Shown in pieces: positions 56,370-64,000 of a stretch of DNA of 64,000 nucleotides. Each line of letters begins with the position of its first letter. Position 1 is the first letter of the stretch. The position numbers were made by a program, and so were the translations under genes. The DNA is taken from the IMG/VR virus record IMGVR_UViG_3300020281_000010; one strand, given 5' to 3'. This DNA is from a virus. Below the pieces are notes generated by a model that saw nothing but the letters and a program-made list of their open reading frames with translations, was not told the origin of the DNA and searched no databases.

Positions 56370-56776
56370 TGAAATCTTTCGGAGAATACCTCAACGAATT
56401 GAATCGGTACGAAAAAGAAACTGGTAAGTCCACTGGCAAAGTTACTGGTCGTACTGGTCTCAATACTCCTGCCGCAGGCACACCTACTCAAAAAGGTGGT
56501 GCAGGTAAGGACTCTGCTGTTGCTAACGTCAAGCGGATGGTACGCAGTATGCAGGGTGGCAAAGAGGTAGGTCAGATCAAGAAACAGAAAGGTGCTAAGT
56601 CTACTGCAGGTACTAACAAGTACGGAAAGATGGCATCGCATCGTGCTTCAGTCAAGGCACAGACTGAAAAGGATATGAAGAAACGTGGTTTCAAGACCAC
56701 TAAAGACTATACAAATACTATGGCACGCTACGGTGGTAAAGATAACTACGACAAAGGACGTGGTTTAGGATCATAA
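56369..56776 (+). CDS. Basic protein with CTS-like N-terminus
   Basis: MKSFGEYLNE, then Lys/Gly-rich sequence. Confidence 0.7.
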   Translation: MKSFGEYLNELNRYEKETGKSTGKVTGRTGLNTPAAGTPTQKGGAGKDSAVANVKRMVRSMQGGKEVGQIKKQKGAKSTAGTNKYGKMASHRASVKAQTEKDMKKRGFKTTKDYTNTMARYGGKDNYDKGRGLGS

Positions 56777-56812
56777 CGGTGCCTATATAGAGTAGGTTTC
56801 TCTCTATTAATT

Positions 56813-57007
56813 ATGGTAAAATTCCTTCTTCCATTTGCAATCAAAGTTATCGACGCAGCAGTCGATAAGATTCCAGATAATCTAGATGATGTAATCAAGA
56901 AATTGCTCATCTCTCTAGCAAAAAAAGCAGTCTCAAGAACTGACAATACCGTTGACGATCAACTGGTCGCAGCACTTGAGAAGGCACTATTCCCTGTAGA
57001 GGGTTAG
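56813..57007 (+). CDS. Small amphipathic protein (holin-like candidate)
   Basis: TDNTVDDQLV motif after amphipathic helices. Confidence 0.5.
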   Translation: MVKFLLPFAIKVIDAAVDKIPDNLDDVIKKLLISLAKKAVSRTDNTVDDQLVAALEKALFPVEG

Positions 57008-57021
57008 TCTCACAGACACTG

Positions 57022-57040
57022 GGGACCTTCGGGTCCCTTT
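57022..57040 (+). terminator. Rho-independent terminator
   Basis: GGGACC-UUCG-GGUCCC plus UUU. Confidence 0.75.
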
Positions 57041-57048
57041 CGTGTTTG

Positions 57049-57056
57049 TATAAATA
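57049..57056 (+). promoter_or_regulatory. Late promoter TATAAATA
   Basis: Perfect consensus upstream of ORF 57087. Confidence 0.8.
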
Positions 57057-57086
57057 AAATATAGGAAACATTCGGAGTAAATCAAG

Positions 57087-57872
57087 ATGGCCATTCTGGG
57101 CAAAATCGACGCAGCAACGTTCTCCAATAATGTCGCGGTCACTAATGGTGACGCAACTGTTACTAAGAATGCCGCCGACACCGTTGTTGTCGGAGATGTT
57201 CTAGAATTGGGTAATGTCGCTTACATCGTCAAGCAAGTTAACAGCACAACTTCAATCGAGTTGCACAAGAACTATGCAGGCAGCACAAACTCAGGTTTGT
57301 CTGGTGCTGTAAGGAGAACTCCTCCTAAGGCAGTTGCTGAGTATGTAGTTAAAGGTGGCGACAGTATCTCAGACTATCAACTTATCTTCGTTGATACTAC
57401 TGAAGATGGTATTGCATCCAACAAGTCCCGTGGTATTGACGGACCTGGATGGTGGTTGTACAGAACATACAACACAGCAGGTGGAACTACACGTCACAAG
57501 GCAGAAAAACTTGCAGCACTTAGAGTTGCAGCAGGTACATCTGGTGACGATGCTGATGATACAGTGGCAGCAGACGTGCTTGAGACCATTACTATTGGTA
57601 CTCAACCTGCTGATCAAAACACATCTTCTGGTGCAGCAACATTCACTGTCGCAGCAACTGTGGATCAGTCAGGTACTATCACTTATCAGTGGCAGAAGAG
57701 AACATCTTCCTCTGGAAGATTCTCTAACGTGTCTGGTGCAACCAGTGCATCTCTTGCATTGACAGGTCAGACCTCTGCTAATACAGGCAACCAGTACAGA
57801 GTTAAAGTTAACTCAAGCAAGGGTGCCGCTGAAGTTGTAAGTAGTATCGCTACTCTAACTTTCGTTAGTTAA
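57087..57872 (+). CDS. Virion structural protein with C-terminal Ig-like domain
   Basis: ITIGTQPAD...TFTVAA...TYQWQK...YRVKVNS Ig pattern; late promoter. Confidence 0.7.
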   Translation: MAILGKIDAATFSNNVAVTNGDATVTKNAADTVVVGDVLELGNVAYIVKQVNSTTSIELHKNYAGSTNSGLSGAVRRTPPKAVAEYVVKGGDSISDYQLIFVDTTEDGIASNKSRGIDGPGWWLYRTYNTAGGTTRHKAEKLAALRVAAGTSGDDADDTVAADVLETITIGTQPADQNTSSGAATFTVAATVDQSGTITYQWQKRTSSSGRFSNVSGATSASLALTGQTSANTGNQYRVKVNSSKGAAEVVSSIATLTFVS

Positions 57873-57889
57873 TTAAACCTTCCTTTGTA

Positions 57890-58261
57890 ATGCAATTTGA
57901 TATTCTCACAGCGGACAACTTTATGATGTTCGCTATGAAACACTACGATAACCCCCAGTCAGTTACATATGATGACTTCCTTGAAGATATGATGCGTTTC
58001 AAATATTTGAAGCGTCTCTTTGGGAGGTACATCAAGACTGGGGTTCTTCGTAATCATTTGATACTGAATCATTTGATCGTATTATTCAATGTGTTTGGTG
58101 ATGCTGCCATACCTTTGTTAGTCTTTAAGGTTGACAAACAGTATTGGGACATCCTTAAAACATATTTACTTTATCTGAACAGATACCCCGAGACAGGATG
58201 CGGGACCTTAGATTATGTTGAGATTGATGCATCCGTAAGTAAACAGTTGAGTGACCTCTGA
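57890..58261 (+). CDS. Conserved T4-like hypothetical protein
   Basis: FAMKHYDNPQ...RFKYLKRL...LILNHLIVLFNVFG. Confidence 0.75.
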   Translation: MQFDILTADNFMMFAMKHYDNPQSVTYDDFLEDMMRFKYLKRLFGRYIKTGVLRNHLILNHLIVLFNVFGDAAIPLLVFKVDKQYWDILKTYLLYLNRYPETGCGTLDYVEIDASVSKQLSDL

Positions 58262-59868
58262 TGCCTGCAAAATCCGTAGCACAAAGAAGATTTATGGGAA
58301 TGGTACGTGCCACCCAGAAGGGAGAGATGAAGAATCCATCGCCCGAGTTGAAACGTGCTGCAGGTGATATGTCTGCTAAGGCAGTCAACAAGTTTGCTAA
58401 AACAAAAGAAAAGAATTTACCTGATACTGTACATAAGATGCCTGATGGTACACTGATGCCAGGCAAAACACATAAGGAAGCATACGCAGTACAAGCAATG
58501 ACTGTGGTTCCAGGTGGTGCAGATCATAGCAATACCAGACAGGGAAGTATTGGTAAGAAGAAAAAGAAAGAAGAGATTAAAGAGTTTGTAGGTGCAGCAG
58601 CGGCAGGTACTGCAGGAGCACTGACTGCAAAGAAAGGTAACAGAGTTAAGAAGGCAGTTGGTTCAGGTGCAGGATACGCAGTAGGTTCTACAGTCGGTAG
58701 GAAAGTTGGTGGTGCAGTTGGACAGGCAGTGGGTCAGGGAACTGTTCCTCTTGTTGGTGGTGCCATTGGTAAACAGGTTGGTAAAGCAATCGGTCACGGT
58801 GTAGGTGGTGCAGCAGGTGCTATCGCAGGTGGCAAGTTAGCAACAAAGATTGGTAAGAAGAAAGAGAAGAAAGAAACAAACGAAGAGATGCAACTGGAGA
58901 AGTTCAGTGCTATCACTAAGAAGCGCATCAATAAGATGGCAGCAGATAAGAAGGTAGGTAAGGGTGAGAAGATTGGTTCTGTCGTAGGTGGTATCGGTGG
59001 AGCACTTGCTCTTGGTGCTGTTGATGGTCCTCTACCTGTAGGTGATGTGGTAGGTGGTGTTGTTGGATCTAAGATTGGTGGTAAGATCGGCAAACAATTT
59101 GATAAGAAGAAGGTAAAGAAAGAAGAGTATATGGATGAAGCAAAGTATGAGGCAGGTGCTTCAACTTATGGTAAAGCATCTATCAGAAACAAAAGAAAGT
59201 TTGGTAAGGGTGGTAACGCTGCTCCTCCAGAGGAGAGAGGTGAGATGATCGCCAAGCGAAGAGCAGAGCACAAAGCATCACGTGGTGTAAAGAAAGAAGA
59301 GATTGATAGACCATACACAGGACCTGACAAGAAAGACAGAGCAGTTATCAAGAAGATGGATAACAAAAAGTTTGCTGCCAAACTAGCAGACTATGAAAAG
59401 AATATGGATCCTAAGAAACGTCAGGCACTTAAGGACAAAGCAACTAAGGGTATGAAGTTTGTGCACGAAGAAGGTGCACCTACTATGAATACAGGATCTA
59501 ATGCTAGTGCAGCAGGATTCTCCTCTGATGCTGATGAGAACGGACCAACCGCAGGTATGGATCAACCGTTAGGTGGTACTGCCAAGTTGAAAGGTAAGGG
59601 TCCTAAACTGACAAAGAAGAAAGCAAAGTGTAAGAAGTCTCCCGATGGTATAAATAAGGTATGTGAATCTACCGAGGCAAGATACTTATCTTTCCTTGTG
59701 CAGATGGACGACGTTGAGTTTATATTTCAGGGTAAATCACCTGCTGATGTAAAGATAAGACTTCGTAAAATTTATAGACCAGAAAGATTGAAGGGTATTA
59801 AGATTACTCGGATGCTTCCTGCTCAAGTGATGCACTATTATTGGGAGAAACGCCAGGCAGCGATGTAA
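58261..59868 (+). CDS. Modular basic polyprotein with glycine zippers
   Basis: MPAKSVAQRRFMGMV start; GxxxG runs; KKEE-delimited modules. Confidence 0.7.
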   Translation: MPAKSVAQRRFMGMVRATQKGEMKNPSPELKRAAGDMSAKAVNKFAKTKEKNLPDTVHKMPDGTLMPGKTHKEAYAVQAMTVVPGGADHSNTRQGSIGKKKKKEEIKEFVGAAAAGTAGALTAKKGNRVKKAVGSGAGYAVGSTVGRKVGGAVGQAVGQGTVPLVGGAIGKQVGKAIGHGVGGAAGAIAGGKLATKIGKKKEKKETNEEMQLEKFSAITKKRINKMAADKKVGKGEKIGSVVGGIGGALALGAVDGPLPVGDVVGGVVGSKIGGKIGKQFDKKKVKKEEYMDEAKYEAGASTYGKASIRNKRKFGKGGNAAPPEERGEMIAKRRAEHKASRGVKKEEIDRPYTGPDKKDRAVIKKMDNKKFAAKLADYEKNMDPKKRQALKDKATKGMKFVHEEGAPTMNTGSNASAAGFSSDADENGPTAGMDQPLGGTAKLKGKGPKLTKKKAKCKKSPDGINKVCESTEARYLSFLVQMDDVEFIFQGKSPADVKIRLRKIYRPERLKGIKITRMLPAQVMHYYWEKRQAAM

Positions 59869-60248
59869 TGTCTGATATAAACACCGCCATAATCGAAAGA
59901 CTCGAACGAGTAGTTGATTCATTGCAGGAGAACTCTGTAAAGATGGGTCAACTTCTTGCTGTACATAATGAAAAACTAACCAAGCAAGACGAGATCGATC
60001 AGGTTTTGTTTGAAAAGGTTGACAGAATTCATCAAGACATCACCAGAGAAACGAATGCAATCAAGAAAGGATGTGAGAGAGACATCCGTCTGGTAGATGA
60101 TAGACTCCGTATGATAGAGAAAAAAATGTGGACCATTGCAGGTGCACTTACAGTAATTAGTTTCCTCCTATCTCCTATAGGTCAGAGAGTTATGGGACCT
60201 ATATTGACAGGAACGAATCAATCGAGTATCATAAGAAGCGTCGAATAA
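59868..60248 (+). CDS. Coiled-coil protein with C-terminal TM segment
   Basis: Heptad pattern, then MWTIAGALTVISFLL. Confidence 0.7.
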   Translation: MSDINTAIIERLERVVDSLQENSVKMGQLLAVHNEKLTKQDEIDQVLFEKVDRIHQDITRETNAIKKGCERDIRLVDDRLRMIEKKMWTIAGALTVISFLLSPIGQRVMGPILTGTNQSSIIRSVE

Positions 60249-60256
60249 AAAGTTGA

Positions 60257-61255
60257 ATGAGTTTCATTGATATTAAGTATGCTCGCATTGTTGGGAGCAG
60301 ACTTGATAAGTTCAAGGAAAAAAAATCTACCCTCTACAACTTTAGATGTCCCTACTGTGGAGACTCCCAGAAACAGGCATCGAAGGCGAGAGGGTATTTC
60401 TTTACCAAACAGAATGACATCATCTTTAAGTGTCATAACTGTGGCGTAGGGAGGACTCTTGGCAACTTCTTAAAAGACCACGCACGAGACATATATGATC
60501 AGTACGTTTTAGAGAGATACAAGGATGGTTTGACAGGCAAAAGGACAAGGGTTGCTAACCCAAAACCTGATGTGTTCAAAGCAAAACCAGTATTTAATAC
60601 AGGGACTAACCTCCCAAGTATTTCTAGTCTAAATACAGAACATCCCGCAAGACAATACCTTGAACAACGTGGCATTACAGGATCAAAACTTGATCTCATT
60701 TTCTATGCAGAAAAGTTCAAGGAGTATGTCAATTCGCAGAAACATACATTTGACAACCTCCAGAATGATCGACCCCGTATCATCATTCCTCTGATTGATA
60801 AAGACGGAAAATGGTTTGGTGTGCAGGGTAGATCCCTAATGCAAAATTCCAGACTCCGTTACATTACTATTCTATACGATGAAACTAAGACAAAAGTATT
60901 CGGGCAAGACAGACTGGACCCTACAAAACGAGTCTACCTCGTGGAAGGACCGTTTGATTCCCTCTTCTTGGAAAACGGTGCTGCTATGTGCGGGTCCGAT
61001 CTTGATCCTAGGTCGCTTGGTTGGAGCGATTGTGTTTATGTTTTTGATAACGAACCAAGGAATAAAGAGATTACCGACAGGATCGCCGACACCATCGGTA
61101 GAGGTTACAAAGTAGTAATCTTTCCGTCAGGAATACAACAAAAGGACCTTAATGATATGGTTCTTGCAGGACACAACGTACAAAATCTGGTAGAATCAAA
61201 CACCTACTCAGGATTAGAAGCAAAACTAAAACTATCTCAATGGAAGAAAGTATGA
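60257..61255 (+). CDS. gp61: DNA primase
   Basis: RCPYCGDS...CHNC Zn finger; VEGPFDSLF TOPRIM; KDLND. Confidence 0.95.
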   Translation: MSFIDIKYARIVGSRLDKFKEKKSTLYNFRCPYCGDSQKQASKARGYFFTKQNDIIFKCHNCGVGRTLGNFLKDHARDIYDQYVLERYKDGLTGKRTRVANPKPDVFKAKPVFNTGTNLPSISSLNTEHPARQYLEQRGITGSKLDLIFYAEKFKEYVNSQKHTFDNLQNDRPRIIIPLIDKDGKWFGVQGRSLMQNSRLRYITILYDETKTKVFGQDRLDPTKRVYLVEGPFDSLFLENGAAMCGSDLDPRSLGWSDCVYVFDNEPRNKEITDRIADTIGRGYKVVIFPSGIQQKDLNDMVLAGHNVQNLVESNTYSGLEAKLKLSQWKKV

Positions 61256-63555
61256 ACGTAATTAAAAGAGACGGTACTCCCGTCCCTCTCAACCTTGATA
61301 AGGTACATAAAATGGTTGAGTTAGCGTGTGAAGGACTCACTGGTGTGAGTGAGTCACAAGTAGAAATGAATGCCAACATCCAATTCTTTGATGGCATTAA
61401 GACTAAAGAAATTCAAGAGATCCTGATCAGGTCTGCTAGTGATCTGATTGATATGGACTCACCTAATTATCAGTACGTTGCTGCTCGTCTTCTTCTGTTT
61501 GATGTGAGGAAGCAGGTGTTCCCTGAGTGGGCAGACGAAGTTGGTTACCCACATCTTCAAGACCACGTACAACGTTGCGTAGAAGCAGGTGTGTACGATG
61601 GTGACATTCTAAATAAGTACAGTCCTGTAGAGTGGGATTGCCTTAACAGTTATATTGATCACGAACGTTGTATGGGTTTCACCTATGCAGGGTTGAGACA
61701 GATTGTAGATAAGTATCTGGTACAGGATAGAAGCACTGGGACTCTCTATGAGACTCCTCAGTATATGTACATTATGGTTGCGGCAACACTCTTCCAAGAC
61801 TACCCTAAAAACTCTCGGTTAGAGTATGTACAACGCTACTACACAGCAACCTCCAAAGGAAAAATCAACCTCCCAACGCCAGTGCTCGCAGGGGTTCGGA
61901 CGCCAATGCGTCAATTTGCATCTTGCGTTCTCGTTGATGTTGATGACACCCTCGATGGTATCTTTAGCAGTGATATGGCTATTGGTAAATACGTCGCACA
62001 AAGGGCTGGTATCGGTATTAACGCAGGCAGAATCCGTGGGATCAACTCTAAAATCAGAGGTGGAGAGGTACAACACACAGGTGTTGTCCCCTTCCTCAAA
62101 AAGTTTGAAGCAACTGTCAGATGCTGTACGCAAAACGGTATCAGAGGTGGTTCTGCTACAGTTCACTTTCCTATCTGGCACCAAGAAATAGAAGATATTC
62201 TTGTTCTTAAAAACAACAAGGGTACCGAAGATAACCGTGTAAGAAAACTGGATTACAGTATTCAGATTAGTAAACTATTCTACGAAAGGTTTATTCAAGG
62301 TGAAACAATCTCTCTCTTCTCGCCTCACGACGTTCCTGGTCTTTATGATGCCTTTGGCACTGATGATTTTGACGCTCTGTACACCAAGTACGAACAGGAC
62401 GAGAAAATTGCTAGACGGACTGTCTCCGCCAACCAAATCATTCTCTCACTACTGAAGGAGCGTGCAGAGACTGGTCGTATTTACATTATGAATATCGATC
62501 ACTGTAACTCTCACTCCTCATTCAAAGACAAGGTTAATATGTCTAACCTCTGTCAAGAGATCACTCTTCCTACAGATCCTATCTCTCACATTGATGATGA
62601 AGGTGGTGAGATTGCATTGTGTATTCTCTCTGCCATCAACGTAGGTAAACTTCGTAACCTCAATGAGATGGAGGAACTATGTGACCTTGCAGTCCGTGGT
62701 CTGGAAGAACTGATTGACTATCAGAAGTATCCTGTGAAGGCAGCAGAACGTTCTACTCTTGCACGTCGTTCACTTGGTATTGGTTACATTGGTCTTGCAC
62801 ATTACCTTGCTAAGAATGGTTACAAGTATGATGATCAGGGTGCATATGACATCGTTCATCAACTAACTGAGTCATTCCAATTCAACTTGCTCAAGGCATC
62901 AAATGCTCTGGCAATGGAGAAGGGTCCTTGTGATGGATTCCAACACACAAAGTATGCTGATGGAATTCTTCCCATCGATACATATAAGAGTGAGGTAGAT
63001 GAAATTACAAACGTAGATCTTGCTTATGATTGGTCATCTCTTAGGGATTCTATCAAGCAATACGGACTCAGGCACAGCACTCTGTCCGCACAAATGCCAT
63101 CGGAATCTAGTTCCGTTGTGTCAAATGCAACCAATGGAATCGAACCACCTAGAGACTACCTGTCCATTAAGAAATCAAAGAAAGGACCTCTTAAGCAGAT
63201 TGTTCCAGGTTTTCCATACTTAAAAAATAAATACACCCTCCTATGGGATATGCCTTCCAATGAAGGTTACATTAAAATTGTCGCTGTGATGCAAAAGTTC
63301 TTCGACCAAGCAATCAGTGGCAACTGGAGTTATAATCCAGGCAATTATGAAAACAACGAAGTCCCCTCTTCCGTTATGGCAATGGACCTATTGACAACTT
63401 ACAAGTACGGTTGGAAGACAAGTTACTATCATAACACTTATGACAATAAGAAAGATGGTGAAGAAGAACCAACCGTACAACTAACGCAAAGCGTTGATCA
63501 ACTAGTAAACGAACTTTTGGAGGCAGAGGAAGACTGTGACAGTTGCAAAGTTTAA
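61252..63555 (+). CDS. nrdA: Ribonucleotide reductase class Ia, alpha subunit
   Basis: ATP cone VIKRDG; FASCVL; SNLCQEI; QMPSESSS; C-terminal CDSC. Confidence 0.97.
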   Translation: MNVIKRDGTPVPLNLDKVHKMVELACEGLTGVSESQVEMNANIQFFDGIKTKEIQEILIRSASDLIDMDSPNYQYVAARLLLFDVRKQVFPEWADEVGYPHLQDHVQRCVEAGVYDGDILNKYSPVEWDCLNSYIDHERCMGFTYAGLRQIVDKYLVQDRSTGTLYETPQYMYIMVAATLFQDYPKNSRLEYVQRYYTATSKGKINLPTPVLAGVRTPMRQFASCVLVDVDDTLDGIFSSDMAIGKYVAQRAGIGINAGRIRGINSKIRGGEVQHTGVVPFLKKFEATVRCCTQNGIRGGSATVHFPIWHQEIEDILVLKNNKGTEDNRVRKLDYSIQISKLFYERFIQGETISLFSPHDVPGLYDAFGTDDFDALYTKYEQDEKIARRTVSANQIILSLLKERAETGRIYIMNIDHCNSHSSFKDKVNMSNLCQEITLPTDPISHIDDEGGEIALCILSAINVGKLRNLNEMEELCDLAVRGLEELIDYQKYPVKAAERSTLARRSLGIGYIGLAHYLAKNGYKYDDQGAYDIVHQLTESFQFNLLKASNALAMEKGPCDGFQHTKYADGILPIDTYKSEVDEITNVDLAYDWSSLRDSIKQYGLRHSTLSAQMPSESSSVVSNATNGIEPPRDYLSIKKSKKGPLKQIVPGFPYLKNKYTLLWDMPSNEGYIKIVAVMQKFFDQAISGNWSYNPGNYENNEVPSSVMAMDLLTTYKYGWKTSYYHNTYDNKKDGEEEPTVQLTQSVDQLVNELLEAEEDCDSCKV

Positions 63556-63556
63556 G

Positions 63557-64000
63557 ATGTCATCCGACGACAATACTAAAACAGGCATTGATAAAATTAC
63601 AGTATTTAATAAGGGACAACACGATACTAAGAAACAACCTATGTTCTTTGGACAACCACTCGGTGTTCAAAGATACGATGGTTTTAAGTATCCTGTCTTT
63701 GATAGACTAACCAATTCACAATTAGGATTCTTCTGGAGACCCGAAGAGGTGTCACTTCAAAAGGATCGTTCTGACTTTCAAGAATTAACTGATGCACAAA
63801 AGCACATCTTTACGAGCAATCTACGGTACCAGATCCTCCTTGACTCTGTACAAGGTCGTGGTCCTGGGATGGCATTCATTCCATATTGCTCACTACCTGA
63901 ACTTGAGTCTGCGATGATCGCGTGGGAGTTTATGGAGATGATCCATAGTCGCTCTTACACATACATCATCAAGAATGTTTACTCAAATCCAGAGGAAGTT
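63557..64000 (+). CDS. nrdB: Ribonucleotide reductase beta subunit (5' part, truncated by window edge)
   Basis: Manual translation: MFFGQPLGVQRYD...FFWRPEEVSLQKDR...QILLDSVQGRGP...EMIHSRSYTYII. Confidence 0.93.
   Translation, partial: MSSDDNTKTGIDKITVFNKGQHDTKKQPMFFGQPLGVQRYDGFKYPVFDRLTNSQLGFFWRPEEVSLQKDRSDFQELTDAQKHIFTSNLRYQILLDSVQGRGPGMAFIPYCSLPELESAMIAWEFMEMIHSRSYTYIIKNVYSNPEEV

Noticed and set aside
9341-63555. Introns or inteins in gp17, gp43, gp41, gp46 or nrdA
   Set aside because: All are continuous ORFs of normal length with no intein or LAGLIDADG/HNH insertions visible
1-64000. tRNA genes or stop-codon reassignment
   Set aside because: No cloverleaf or T-loop signature was seen, and core genes translate intact with the standard code

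Overview
This window is part of a T4-like marine cyanomyovirus genome (Kyanoviridae-type, probably infecting Synechococcus or Prochlorococcus). It is almost entirely + strand and gene-dense. In order it contains: neck and tail-completion genes (gp14, gp15, gp16); a hypervariable island between gp16 and gp17 carrying auxiliary metabolic genes (petE, PTOX, gnd, an NdhP-like small ORF missed by the ORF track, zwf); the head/tail core (gp17-gp23, gp3); recombination and replication genes (uvsY, uvsW, gp55, gp47, gp46, gp45, gp44, gp62, regA, gp43, uvsX, gp41, gp61); and pcyA, five 2OG-Fe(II) oxygenases, a peptidase-VWA/MoxR-AAA pair, dam, hsp20, mazG, nrdA and the start of nrdB. I saw no tRNA, rRNA, CRISPR array, intron or intein. 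The most interesting unexplained signals are: (1) late proteins with T4 capsid-targeting-like N-termini and repeated gp21-type cleavage sites, which look like polyproteins of small basic peptides and include a nucleotidyltransferase; (2) a convergent 8-gene cassette of membrane and secreted proteins between regA and hsp20; (3) a ligase-fold plus cytidylyltransferase pair; (4) a manA-like structured RNA; (5) a consensus-like antisense sigma70 promoter and a fixed-spacing operator-like palindrome; (6) apparent total absence of CATG. All family calls come from motif recognition by eye; no database searches were run.
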